DNA of 64,000 bases from Enoplolaimus lenunculus (Eukaryota): contig JASANG010003494.1 of the NCBI GenBank assembly GCA_030248215.1, forward strand, positions 1 to 64,000, written 5' to 3'. The notes under the pieces were generated by a model that saw only the letters and a program-made list of their open reading frames with translations, made no database searches and had not been told where the DNA came from. Within the stretch, counting starts at the first letter, position 1. Each line of letters opens with the position of its first letter. Below, piece after piece: positions 38,501 through 50,500 of this stretch. Position numbers and translations under genes: made by a program.

Positions 38501-41500
38501 TAATTTATCCAATCGCAAAAACGGTTTCAGAATTTAGGAATTAATTTATCCAATCGCAAAAACTGGTTTCAGAATTTAGGAATTAATTTATCCAATCGCA
38601 AAAACTGGTTTCAGAATTTAGGAATTAATTTATCCAATCGCAAAAACTGGTTTCAGAATTTAGGAATTATTTATCCAATCGCAAAAACGGTTTCAGAATT
38701 TAGGAATTAATTTATCCAATCGCAAAAACTGGTTTCAGAATTTAGGAATTAATTTATCCAATCGCAAAAACGGTTTCAGAATTTAGGAATTAATGTTTCC
38801 AATCGCAAAAACGGGTCACCAGGTTTGACGAAAAAAATGTCGAGTACCACGATATTTCGTCCAACGAACTAATCGTCAACCGAGCATTCGTAAACTTAAC
38901 ATCTCATACTTAGGTCCGACAATTTTTCACCTACCATAAGGATTTAGGCTTAGGCTTAAGCTTCAGATGCTGTTAAACGACAAGGGGTTTGTTTCAAAAA
39001 CACGCATGGTCTCCAGAAATTATACTCCCAAACATGGACTAAATATAAAATAATTTTTCGGTCGTATTGTTGGCTTTTTTGCCCCTGAAACTGTTCAAAT
39101 TGAGTTTTAAATTACGTTTAGTATATGATATTGACTTGATCTGGCAAAAAATGCCAAATCTGGTTTTAAGTTTGTAGCTGTAACCATTTGCGTTTTTTTC
39201 AGAAGATCCCTGTTGTTCAAGACTGCAGCCTTGGAACACTCCACACGACAAAGCGTATGGATGTTCAACAACGCTATACGAATACAATCCGTTGACTAAA
39301 ATACATGCAGGTTAGAGTTTTTTACTTTTTTGCCCTGATATTATGCAGACCGGCCTGTAACCAGAAATTGTAAGCAGCGAGGACTCGGGATCCTATATCT
39401 ACCGTGATATAATGGGAATATACCCCTTTCTGAAATTGGTGAAGCAACAACAGAAACATTATTGAAGGTTATTTAGAATAACTTGGGGCTCCTGTAAGTC
39501 AAAAACATTTCTTGTACATGGCGTCACCCCCTGGATCTGAAATTTTAGCTGAGCCCTGGTAACTGGTGCAGGCGGAATTATAAAAAGCGCAAAAATGTTT
39601 TTAGCATAGAAATTGTAGCCAATGTATAGAACAGGACCGTAACAGCAATATAAGCATATTCCATGCCTAAAGCCTAAACGCAACCCTAAGCGCAAGAATA
39701 AACTTGTAACTAGACTTAAGCGCCTGACCGTAAGAAAAAAATTGTCGATTAAAGCTTAAGCTTACTCTATGGCAGTCCCACAGGAAACGTTCCGCCCCTG
39801 ATGTTTACATGGGCCGAAACTTTTAATGTTGACAGTTATTTTTTGTCCACCGAAGTCAAAAATTAAACTTTGAAAAAATTAATTATTTTTAGGGCCTGCG
39901 ACTTTGTGTGGAACCTGTGCCGAAACAATTTGTCTTTATCAATCAATACTTTTACTGTTAAAACTTGCCTTTGTGAACATCGCTTAAAATTCGTGTCCGT
40001 AGCCAGAACAGGGGCAGTACGACCTGAATCTCGCTAAGACAAACTTTTGTCCCACCCGGGAAAAATGTTTAATCTTCGGATGAAAAACACGGAAATTGTC
40101 AGAATTTCCCCCTCTGAAATTTGTCGGCCGTTTCTATCATATTGAGATTCTTACGTGCCTAATAACTGTGATTTTGGGCTTTCTATTATTGTTTCAGGAA
40201 ATCCAATTGCCGATTGTTTTGCAGTGCACGCGTGCTCAACAAATGCAATTATGTTAATGGCAGATGGCGTTAATTGGGGTGAACGGGCCCGAACGGCGGC
40301 TCGTTGCGCCATTCGTGGTTCATTTGAATATTTAAAAGACGCCATTTACAATGCGAACGATAGCGAAGTCAAAACAACTCTGGTAAGCGTTTTTAATTTG
40401 ACGTTTGACGAAAGCTGAAGAATTCAGGTCTTCGATTGTCCGCCAATCAGGCGTTTGGTCCAAACTGATCCGATTTTGAAAATTTTTGCAAATTTGAGCT
40501 TCTCAGACGCGTAGTCAGGATTTCATTTAGTGGATAGATAACTCGTTCTGAATAGCGTTTTTTTTGCAAGCGAACGGTACAATAGGAAATGTTTTTAGGC
40601 CTTTTGGATCCGGTTATTCTATACCCGTTATTAAGGGTACTTTTTTCTGTCTCTGAATAAATTTTGGGAAGGAATGTTTCAGGGTGTAACCGCTTATCCA
40701 TTTCCGTGTCCGGTAAAAATCCGTGTCCGTCTTCGTTTCTGTTTCCGTTATAGAATTAACGGAAGTTTTGTTACTTTTACGTTCAAAATTAATTCTAAAT
40801 CACGTAAATATCTGACAATTTTGCATTTAATATTTTTTCTTTGAAATTTTAGAAAGCCCGGCGAATCAGAGTCAACTGAACTCAGAGTGGGAATCAACAC
40901 AACAGATATTGTGTTAAAGTTTACTGATATTAATTCAGAAATAACCAACTCGCTAGCTGAATTAATTAATCAACTCATTGGAATTTACAGTGTTATTATG
41001 ATCACTATCCGTTTCGGTTTCGGTTATTCTAATGACTATCCAATTCCGGTTCCGTTATTTTTACAATTTATCTATACCCTAAAATATATCGCTCTATTTA
41101 TCCTTTGCATACGCCCCTGTTGAACTTATAGTAAGCTATACTACACTGATGATTAAGCATCTAATTTTGAATTTTTGAAAAAACTAAGCGAATTCCCTAT
41201 AACCTCGCAGTTATTTCACCTTTTTGAAATTATTAATTTAGTAATTTTTGTTCGAATTTTATTTTAGGAAATCTTTCATATTTTGCTTAGATCGTTTCAC
41301 TGTGCTCATCAATTGATATTGCAGGAAGGTAACCTAAAAACTTTCAGGTTTTCGCTATAAACTTATCATTAACTGGTCCCATGTATGGAACAGGGTCGGA
41401 TCGTTTTTCGGAGGGGCTATAATAGAATCAGTTTAGGCTTTAGACTAATTTTTTGCTTAGGCTAAGGCTAAGACTTAGGCTTAGGCTTATGAATAGGCTC

Positions 41501-44500
41501 TTCCATACGCTTTGGCTTAGGCTTAGGCTTAGCCTTAGGCTTAGGCTTAGGCTTAGGCTTAGGCTTAGGAATATGCTTATACTACTGTTCCGGCCCTGTT
41601 CTATACATTGGCCATTAACTGTATTGTGTATTTAACCGAAATCCTCGCCGTCCAACATTTTGAGACCTGTGCCAGCTAACCTAAGTTGAACAGCCAATCA
41701 ACGAAGCTTTTAGATATCGTTGAAAATTTTCAAAGTTGACCGAAATTTTCAATGCTGAAACAGTTTTGGCAAAAGACTAATGTTGCAGCTTAATATGGCG
41801 TTTAAGAAGATATATTTGATTTTTTTGTTCTAAAATAAATGAGCAACAACAGCCGATCAAAGTTGGGGCCCATGTATAGAACAGGGCCGGTACAGTAATA
41901 AGCATATTCCTAAGCCTAAGCCTAAACCTAAGCTATGCCTAAGCCTAAGCGTATGGATGAGCATATTCTTAAGCCTACGCCTAAGCCTAAGCAAAAAATT
42001 AGCCTAAAGCTACGATAACACCCTGCAGATGATGTAATATCAACAACTTCTGTCCTATTTCAATTTTCTGTGGTCATTGACTTGAAAACGCGCAAAAATT
42101 AGCTGAAACAATGCAAAAATACCGCATCGCCCAAGTTCAGCTTAAAGCTTTAGATTATTTTCTTCGCTTAAGCTAATAGGCTTAGGTATAAGCGTATTTT
42201 TACGCTTAAGCTCAAGCTTAGGCCTAGGCTTAGTAATATGCTTATACTACTGTTACGGTCCTGTTCTATACATTGGCTTGCGTTTCAGATGGCTCATTAA
42301 CAACACTTTGCGTTGCTGTGATATGTAAATTAAAACATACTGATCAATGGGTTGTTTGTGTATGTAACGTTGGTGACAGTCTCGCATTTGTGTACAATTC
42401 AGCGTATGGAGTCCGTGAAATTACATTAGGTAAAGGGTTCAGTCGGGCCCGTAGCCAAGGGTGGGGGGTGTCAGGAGATGCTCAGCCCCCATGGAAAATT
42501 TTGGCCCACCCTAGAAAGTTTTCAACCTTGCTGGCAAGTTACTAAAACACTTGAATGCCCGTCCTAACAAATTTTCGCCCCTCCCCCCGAGCATGGTGAG
42601 CTGGCTACGGGCCTGGGTTCAGTACTGCTACGGTTGGTCAGAATTTCATTTCAGGACAGGATTGCAATCCTGCAGTTGCGAGTGACCGTAGCGGACAAGA
42701 ACAATTTTCCCACCTAACGGCAGGGTTTCAGAAACGCTATTTAAGTACGACTTAGTACTGATAAGTACGTGTTAAGTAATTGCATAACCATTTTGTCGTT
42801 TTTTAAAAGCTTACTTAAGTTAAGTAAATACTTAAGTCGCTGAACTAAATTTGATATATTACAGATTAACATATCAGGTATATTGACCGTGGTCATATTA
42901 TAATTATAGACACATGATGCCTCCTTAATATAATGCAAAAGTGATTGGCTTCTTGTTATATTACAATGACTCAGATTTGGGGGTAATTTGTTTTTGCACA
43001 AAAAATTAAGTATATATTTAAGTTGTAGGCGATTTAAGTAATTAGGTACTTAAGTATAACTTAAGTAAATACGTACCAAGATTTCAGAAACCCAGCCAAT
43101 GTTTATATTCTTTTATATAGAAAAGTTGGCCAATGTACACAACACGGCCGGAACAGTAGTATAAGCATATTTCTAAGCGTAAGCGTAAGCCTAAGCCTTA
43201 GCGTAAGAATAATCATATTCCTAAGCTAAGCCTAAACCTAAACCTAAGCGTAAGAATAATCAGATTCCTAAGCCTAAGCCTAAGCGTAAGAATAATCATA
43301 TTCGTAAGCCTAAGCCGAAGCGTAAGCAAAAAAGTTAGTCTAAAACTTAAAACTGACTCTATTACAGTCAAACAGGAAAACGATCCGGTCCTGTCCTATA
43401 CATTGGCCGAAAAGTATAATTTGATTCGTTCGCATTTTTCTTTCTTTTATACTTATTCGCATTTACTTACACTTGCTACTTTTGGATATTGTGGACGTTG
43501 CTGTTGTTGTTTAGTTTTCGTTTAGGAATACCATTGCCATTTTCAACATTCGAGTGTTTGAACGTTTCTGAACCAAACCAGTCTCTGAAATTTGTTTACC
43601 ATAGCAATAGCCCCCCACATCCTGTGTGGAACTGTGGTCTGTGGTTTTAGCTGTTGACACGTTTCAGGATCTCATGATATCGACCAAATGAGGGATATGC
43701 GAGATGCTGGTGGTGCTTTAGGTCCGGTGGATGGTGTGAATCCTGAATTGCACAATTTAACCTGCTCAATGACTCTTGTTGAATCCGGGGATATTGTTTT
43801 TCTTACTTCTGATGGAGTTTCGGACAATTTTGATCCGGTCGTTGGCAAAGATTGTATTATTCCTGACAGTGTTGCACAGTACAAAGAAAACCTTCTTGTT
43901 AGTTCGAATTTATTATTCCATTCACGGAAAAATATTGCCCTCTCACCCTAGGAAATTTTCAACCTTGCTTGTAAGTCAACGAAAACCCTTGTATGCCACT
44001 CCTGAACATTTGTTAGCATCTCTAGCAAGCTGAGCTGGCTACGGGAATGAATGTAACATGTGCGCTTTATTGTCAGCTCTAGCGAGAACAACAAATTTAA
44101 GTGTATATACTGCTATGAATATCGGTAGTATATACATATACTTTTAGTAAAATCAAATTCTGTATTCGTAGGCTTTTTGGCCCGGCCAGTCGGGAATTAC
44201 CGAAAACTTGTTGGATTTTGAAAATTTTAGCTTCTCATTACCTCCTCAAATTATTTCACGTCGCTATTTGAATTGTGAGTTTTAAAAATTGCACCCTTAA
44301 ACAAATCTACAAATCGTCGTCCAACAACTTGTCGCCCAGCAGTGTCCAATAACCATTACTAAATCCAATCATAATTGTAAGCGTAATCCTAAGCCTAAGC
44401 TTAAGTCATAATGTTGGGCGCCGTATTATCGGCGTCGATGAAATTTCTGATTACAAGTTGCGAGTCGACGAGTTGTCAGGCGACCAATTGTCGTGATACC

Positions 44501-47500
44501 TCAGATATGACGTTCAGAGTTAACAATATGACTTTCAAATTAAATTTTAGAAACTACAAGCACTCCTGTTGAAGCGTGAATCCGAAATTGGTGGAATTTC
44601 AAAGAAAAGTAATAATTTTTTTCAACGGCAAATTTAGGTTTGATCCAGTTAGAAATTTCAACGTTGGTGCCTGAGACAAAAAGAACATTCTGGTTCTCAC
44701 TCACATATCAAAGTTTTTAATTTAGAAAGAGCTAATAAGATAATCTTAAGAACATTATAGTGTAACTAAATATGCCTTCAAAGTCACTAGAATGGAATGA
44801 ATTTTGGCAACCCAATCAATGCGCTCCTGTTTTGAAATACTACCGGTGTTAAGTCATAGTTAAGACAAGAGCCGGTATTATGAAATGTGTGCAGCACCGA
44901 TTACCAGTTGGTGATAACTCGTGTACCTTTCGAACCAGGGAATAGTGAGGTTTGAAATTGAGCACATTTATTGGTTTGAATTTTCTCTGCTACTGTGCAA
45001 ATTTCGATATCTGCAGTTGCAGCAGTTAGTTTGAAAACTTATTACTAACTGGGGATAGGTGCTATATGCACATGAGAATATGGGCCAAGAACAAAGACGT
45101 TGTCAGAATACAACTGCTTTTGCAATGTGGACATATTTAACATGTTGCTGCGATTATGTTTCCGGGCAAGTAAAGCTGTTAAGATTTTCACTAACTGAAA
45201 TAGAATGAAAAATACAAGCTAACAATATTAATTCAATAAACATATACCTTATTTTGCTTCGCCTCTATTACTATCAACAGTGCTCATAGCATCATGATGT
45301 ATCCGGTTATTATCCGGTTCCAATTAGGGTAAAAAGTTCAATATCCGATGCGCAAGTGAGTGAAAATTTAATGAAATATTCATTCATTAAATTTTTAAAA
45401 TTTAATGAAATGTTCAACATTAAATTTTTAAAATTTAATGAAATGTTCAACATTAAATTTTTAAAATTTAATGAAATGTTCATTCATTAAATTTTTAAAA
45501 TTTAATGGAATGTTCTTTCATTAAATTTTTAAAATTTAAAAAAGGTTCATTCATGAAATTTCTAAATTTTAATGAAACGTTCATTCATGAAATTTTTAAA
45601 ATTTAATGAAACGTTCATTCACGAAATTTTTAAAATTTAATGAAATGTTCATTCTAGAAATTTTTAAAATTTAATGAAATGTTCATTCATTAAATTTTTA
45701 AAATTTAAAGTAATGTTCATTCATGAAATTTTTAAAATTTAATGAAATGTTCATTCATGAAATTTTTAAAATTTAATGAAATGTTCATTCATGAAATTTT
45801 TAAAATTTAATGAAATGTTCATTCATGAAATTTTTAAAATTTAATGAAATGTTCATTCATGAAATTTTTAAAATTTAATGAAATGTTCATTCATGAAATT
45901 TTTAAAATTTAATGAAATGTTCATTCATGAAATTTTTAAAATTTAATGAAATGTTCATTCATGAAATTTTTAAAATTTAGTGAAATGTTCATTCATGAAA
46001 TTTTTCAGCATCCAAACCGTCAAACGTTCCTGTTCGAAGACTTAATGATATCAATAGAGAAATTGAAAAGCTTGATTCAACGAAACGTGGCGACATTGCC
46101 TATATTGAAAACGCTTTAGAGGTAAACGTTTATTTACGCTTAGTCCAAGGTTGGATAAACGGCAGATATTTTTCAGCAAAAATTTCTGAGGATGAAGGTT
46201 TATACGCTTTAGATTAATCATCTGGATCCTGACCGTCAAAAAATTTCTTCGTTCGTACCACTCACGCACAAAGAATGTTTTCTATGAGGCTGTCGTTACA
46301 TTTTTTACTAAATGCTACCGGTATTTTGGTAATGGCGGTTTATAAATGTTGTTTTGTGTTATACTATTGTCGATATTTTAGCTTACAATAGCGTACAATA
46401 ATGTTCTGTATCAAAAAGTTGAGTTCACACTCATTACAGACCCGTAGCTAGTTCACCTTGCTAGGGAGGCTAAAAAATTTTCAGGCGGGGCATATATACA
46501 AGGGTTTTCAATGACTTACAAGCAATGTCGAAAATTTTCAAAGGAGGGGGGGGCCAAAATTTTTATAGGGGGCCTAGGAATCCCGGCTGGCTACGAGCCC
46601 AACTCATAAAAACTCCAGGATTCATCAATCCTTGAAAAGTATTATCACCTTTAGCGATGTTATTACTTTTCAGGGCGGAACCGGATATCAGTTACCGGTA
46701 GTCGACGCGCAGCAACGCCACGATTTAATGCTGTTGAAAATGGAACAACTCATACGTGGACAACAAAATTCGGATGCGGATGGACACGTTCCAGTTCCTG
46801 TTCCGACTGCGAAAAGCCTATGTGAACGCTTAGTTAACTATACTAAACAGTTGACAGTGTAAGCGAAAGTGTCCTCAGAAATAATAAGAGCTCGGATAGT
46901 GGCGCAGTCAAAACGTATACAGGTCATATATATGGCGTGGGCCAATCTACTATTGAGGTCAATTACCAATTGGCATAGGCCAATCTGCTGTTCTGAGCAA
47001 ATAGCTGTTGGTTCGGCCTAAGCCAAATAGCGATCGTGAGATGTACGAAAACAACAGTGGATTGGTTAACGGTATTGCGTCTGTCTAATTAATCAAATCT
47101 GATTGGTTTAGTAATCTCAACTGTCAACTTGCAATTGCTAAAGTTGCCCTATTAAGTGCAACTGATTATTATTAAATACGTCTAAAAAGTAACTCGAATT
47201 GTGGTATATTTGTTTTCAGCGCCAAACGCCGGGTACTAGAAGACCCAGCGTTATACAAAGTCACATCTGAACGCAGTTGTGCAACTGCACAAGACCGTGC
47301 ACGCGTGCGCGCAGAACAACGCAGCCGGCGGCGTGCAGTCCGTGAACAAATTGCAGAATTGCCAGGAAAACTTGATCATTCATCGTGTGTTGCATATCAA
47401 GTGGGCTCTTTTGACGCCAACCATGAAGATAATGTTTCAGGTATGTACAGGGACGCAGCAACTGATCCCAAAAACCTAGGGCAGGAACCACATATGCAGA

Positions 47501-50500
47501 AGCCCAAGGTACTAATGATCGAAGCGAACCAGAAAGTAATTACAATTTTAACATTTTGTACGGTGGGGACCGTACTATTTTTCACAAAATTTTCCATTTT
47601 ATATTTTAATGCATAATATTCTGACTTTAAAAATGGGACTGCCCGTTTGCCGGCTCCCGTTGACTGCTACGTCACTGGGTCTTGATTATTTTTCAATGTT
47701 TTGTATTTTGGGGTATTTAAATTTAAGTGTGATTTTTAAACAATGATTGGTTGAAAATACTTATTTTTTAATACCAGGCCCGTAACCAGCTCACTTTGCT
47801 ATGGGAGCTAAAAATTTCCAGGAGGGGCATTGAAGGGTTTTTAATGACTTGCAAGCAAGGTTAAAAATTTTCTACGGGGGCCAAACTTTTTCCAGGGGGT
47901 TGCCGAGCCTCCCTGCTCCCTCCCTTGGCTACGGGTCCGATTTCAGCAAAGTAACCCAAAATGGTTAATAAACGAGGCAAGAATATTTCTTGAACCGACA
48001 TAAAATATTTTTGCTAACACCAGATAAATATTATTTTTTCAAGAAAATTCTTAGCTTTCGAGGTGTGAAAATTGTTCATAAGCGTGGCTTCCGTTTAGTT
48101 TTCACGTACTTTAAGCTATGCTAAATGTTATAAGGTATTTACGGAGACCGAACCGGAATTAGTATTTTTTCACAATCCAGTTCCGGTTCCAGTTCCAGTA
48201 TTTGTAAAATCTGCTTTGACGTTAACCAAAGCGTAGGCTCATAATACTATGACGGGCATACCGTTTTTCCTGCAAAATTTCAATAAAGTAAGCTTAAGCT
48301 TTATACTAAATGTTTTGCTTCAGCTTCACTTAGAGGCTTATCGTTCTTTCACTGAGGTTTAAGCTTTTAGAGATATGCTTATACTACTGTTACGCCCTTT
48401 ACCTTCGCCGTAATGTTTTATTTCAGATATCACCTACACTATGCCTGATCCAAGTGCAACAGATGCGTTAATCTCAAATGTTCGTTATGAACCAAAAACT
48501 CCAATTGACGAGTATACTATTCAACACGCGTACTACGATCGAATGAATACAGAAATTGCCGAAACGGTTTGTATATTTTCAAATAATGCACGCTTCTAAA
48601 ACCCCAGTTGTGTAAAATATAGCAACAATCGGCTAGACATTTGTTTTCCATTGGCTCTTCGTTCTCTACCTTACAATTTTTGCGTTTAATAACATTTACC
48701 AGCCCGCTGTACTCTGACAGAATGTTTTGGATCCGCCTTGGGTGGGATGTTGTCCAAAAAGTCGGCGTGAGAGCATCCGAAGTCGATAGACCACCGAGTT
48801 TACAATATAATCAAACACATATACGTACATAACCGTGACGTGGGTCGGGTATAACCGTCCGCCATATATGTAAGCATCAAACAGTTCAAAATTTTACCAG
48901 CTACACAAATAGCAATTGTGAACTTTATATTAGCGCATGCCCGTAGCCAGCTCAACCTGCTGATGGACCCAAACAATTTTGGTGGGGTAAGCGGTTGATT
49001 TCACAAGAGTAAGAAAGGGTCTATAACGTTTCTATTGACTCCAAAAGTTCAAGGGAAACTTGGGCGTCCACCCGCAGATTGCGGTCATGTACACCATTGA
49101 CGTAATTTTGAGGAACTCCAGTGCGCGGCGCAACGACGCCGGGGTTCATATCCATGGTTGCGAACTCAATTTTCAACACCGGCTGGACACCAACCACCCG
49201 CGAACGAATCGAAACGCGGCGACCCTCGTGGCGATTTTCACGAAATCAGCGGAACGTTCCGTTTAATTGACGCCAGTTCAAAATCAACTTCAGTCAACAG
49301 TTGTTTTCGACAAAATTATGAATCACTCAGTGATCGGTCGTCTGGAGGTAAGCAGTGGATGCTGCAAAGCTGAAGCTCATGCCAGGCGAGACAGATAGGG
49401 AGATATATCGTTTATGCGAAATTTGTCGTGAGAAAATCGTAAAATACTTTTTTTAGTATTCACAATAATCTTGCTGAAAGTAAATGGGTATTTGTTGTTA
49501 ACGAAGCTCGAACGTCTTTAATTAAGTTGCGATGCTACAGAACAGCTGCCGTCGCGTGCACTGATGCTTCGCACTAGATCACAACAGTCGAGCAGCTCGA
49601 GTTGCGAGCACTCGTGCAGCTCGAGTTGCGAGCACTCGTGCAGCTCGAGTTGCGAGCACTCGTGCAGCTCGAGTTGCGAGCACTCGTGCAGCTCGAGTTG
49701 CGAGCACTCGTGCAGCTCGAGTAGCGAGCACTCGTGCAGCTCGAGTTGCGAGCACTCGTGCAGCTCGAGTTGCGAGCACTCGTGCAGCTCGAGTTGCGAG
49801 CACTCGTGCAGCTCGAGTTGCGAGCACTCGTGCAGCTCGAGTTGCGAGCACTCGTGCAGCTCGAGTTGCGAGCACGCGTGCAGCTCGAGTAGCGAGCACT
49901 CGTGCAAAACTAGTGTTCCTCGAAAGTTTGTGAACTTGTAGCTGTGCTCAGTGCATGCGTCGATTGCACTACCCTCGTGCACTGTTCTCGTCTCACTCTG
50001 ACCGGCTCGTCCAAGCGAGAAAATATCAGTGCACTTGACGCATTGCAACTGATTGTTCGTCGTCATATGTCGGAAAAACGCAAAACCGTACTACAACTAT
50101 TACATTTCACTATTGGTGGAACTTCTAATTACAAGCATGACATTGAAATGTTTGCTCGTTGTGCGCACATGTGACTAATGCAATACTCATTTGAGCTCTT
50201 GTACACTTTCTAAGCATATAAAATTACGGTTCAGTCTTGGGCTTAGAGAAAGGTTTAGGCAAAATTTGAGGTTTATTCGTAAGCTTAGGGGTAAGCCTTC
50301 AATAAAAACCAAAGCTTAAACCTAAGCCTAAGCTTAAGCCAAAGCATGTGGTTCTAGAACAATGTAAAGGTAACCCAACTTGCACATTGTGAGCACGTGT
50401 AATGTATTGCATATTGCACGTTTTTGGGCGGAGGTGCGGAATATATACACCCCTTGGAATTTAATAAAAATAGTTCATTTAATGGATTTCGACGCGCTAT

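Noticed and set aside
38484..38813. CRISPR-like look of this and other arrays (45363, 49592, 55645, 63496)
   Set aside because: Units are contiguous without unique spacers, there are no cas genes, and the context is eukaryotic.
49518..50066. Minus-strand ORFs (LHECSQLE)n and (VLATRAAR)n
   Set aside because: By-products of a stop-free 24-bp repeat; no splice or start context.
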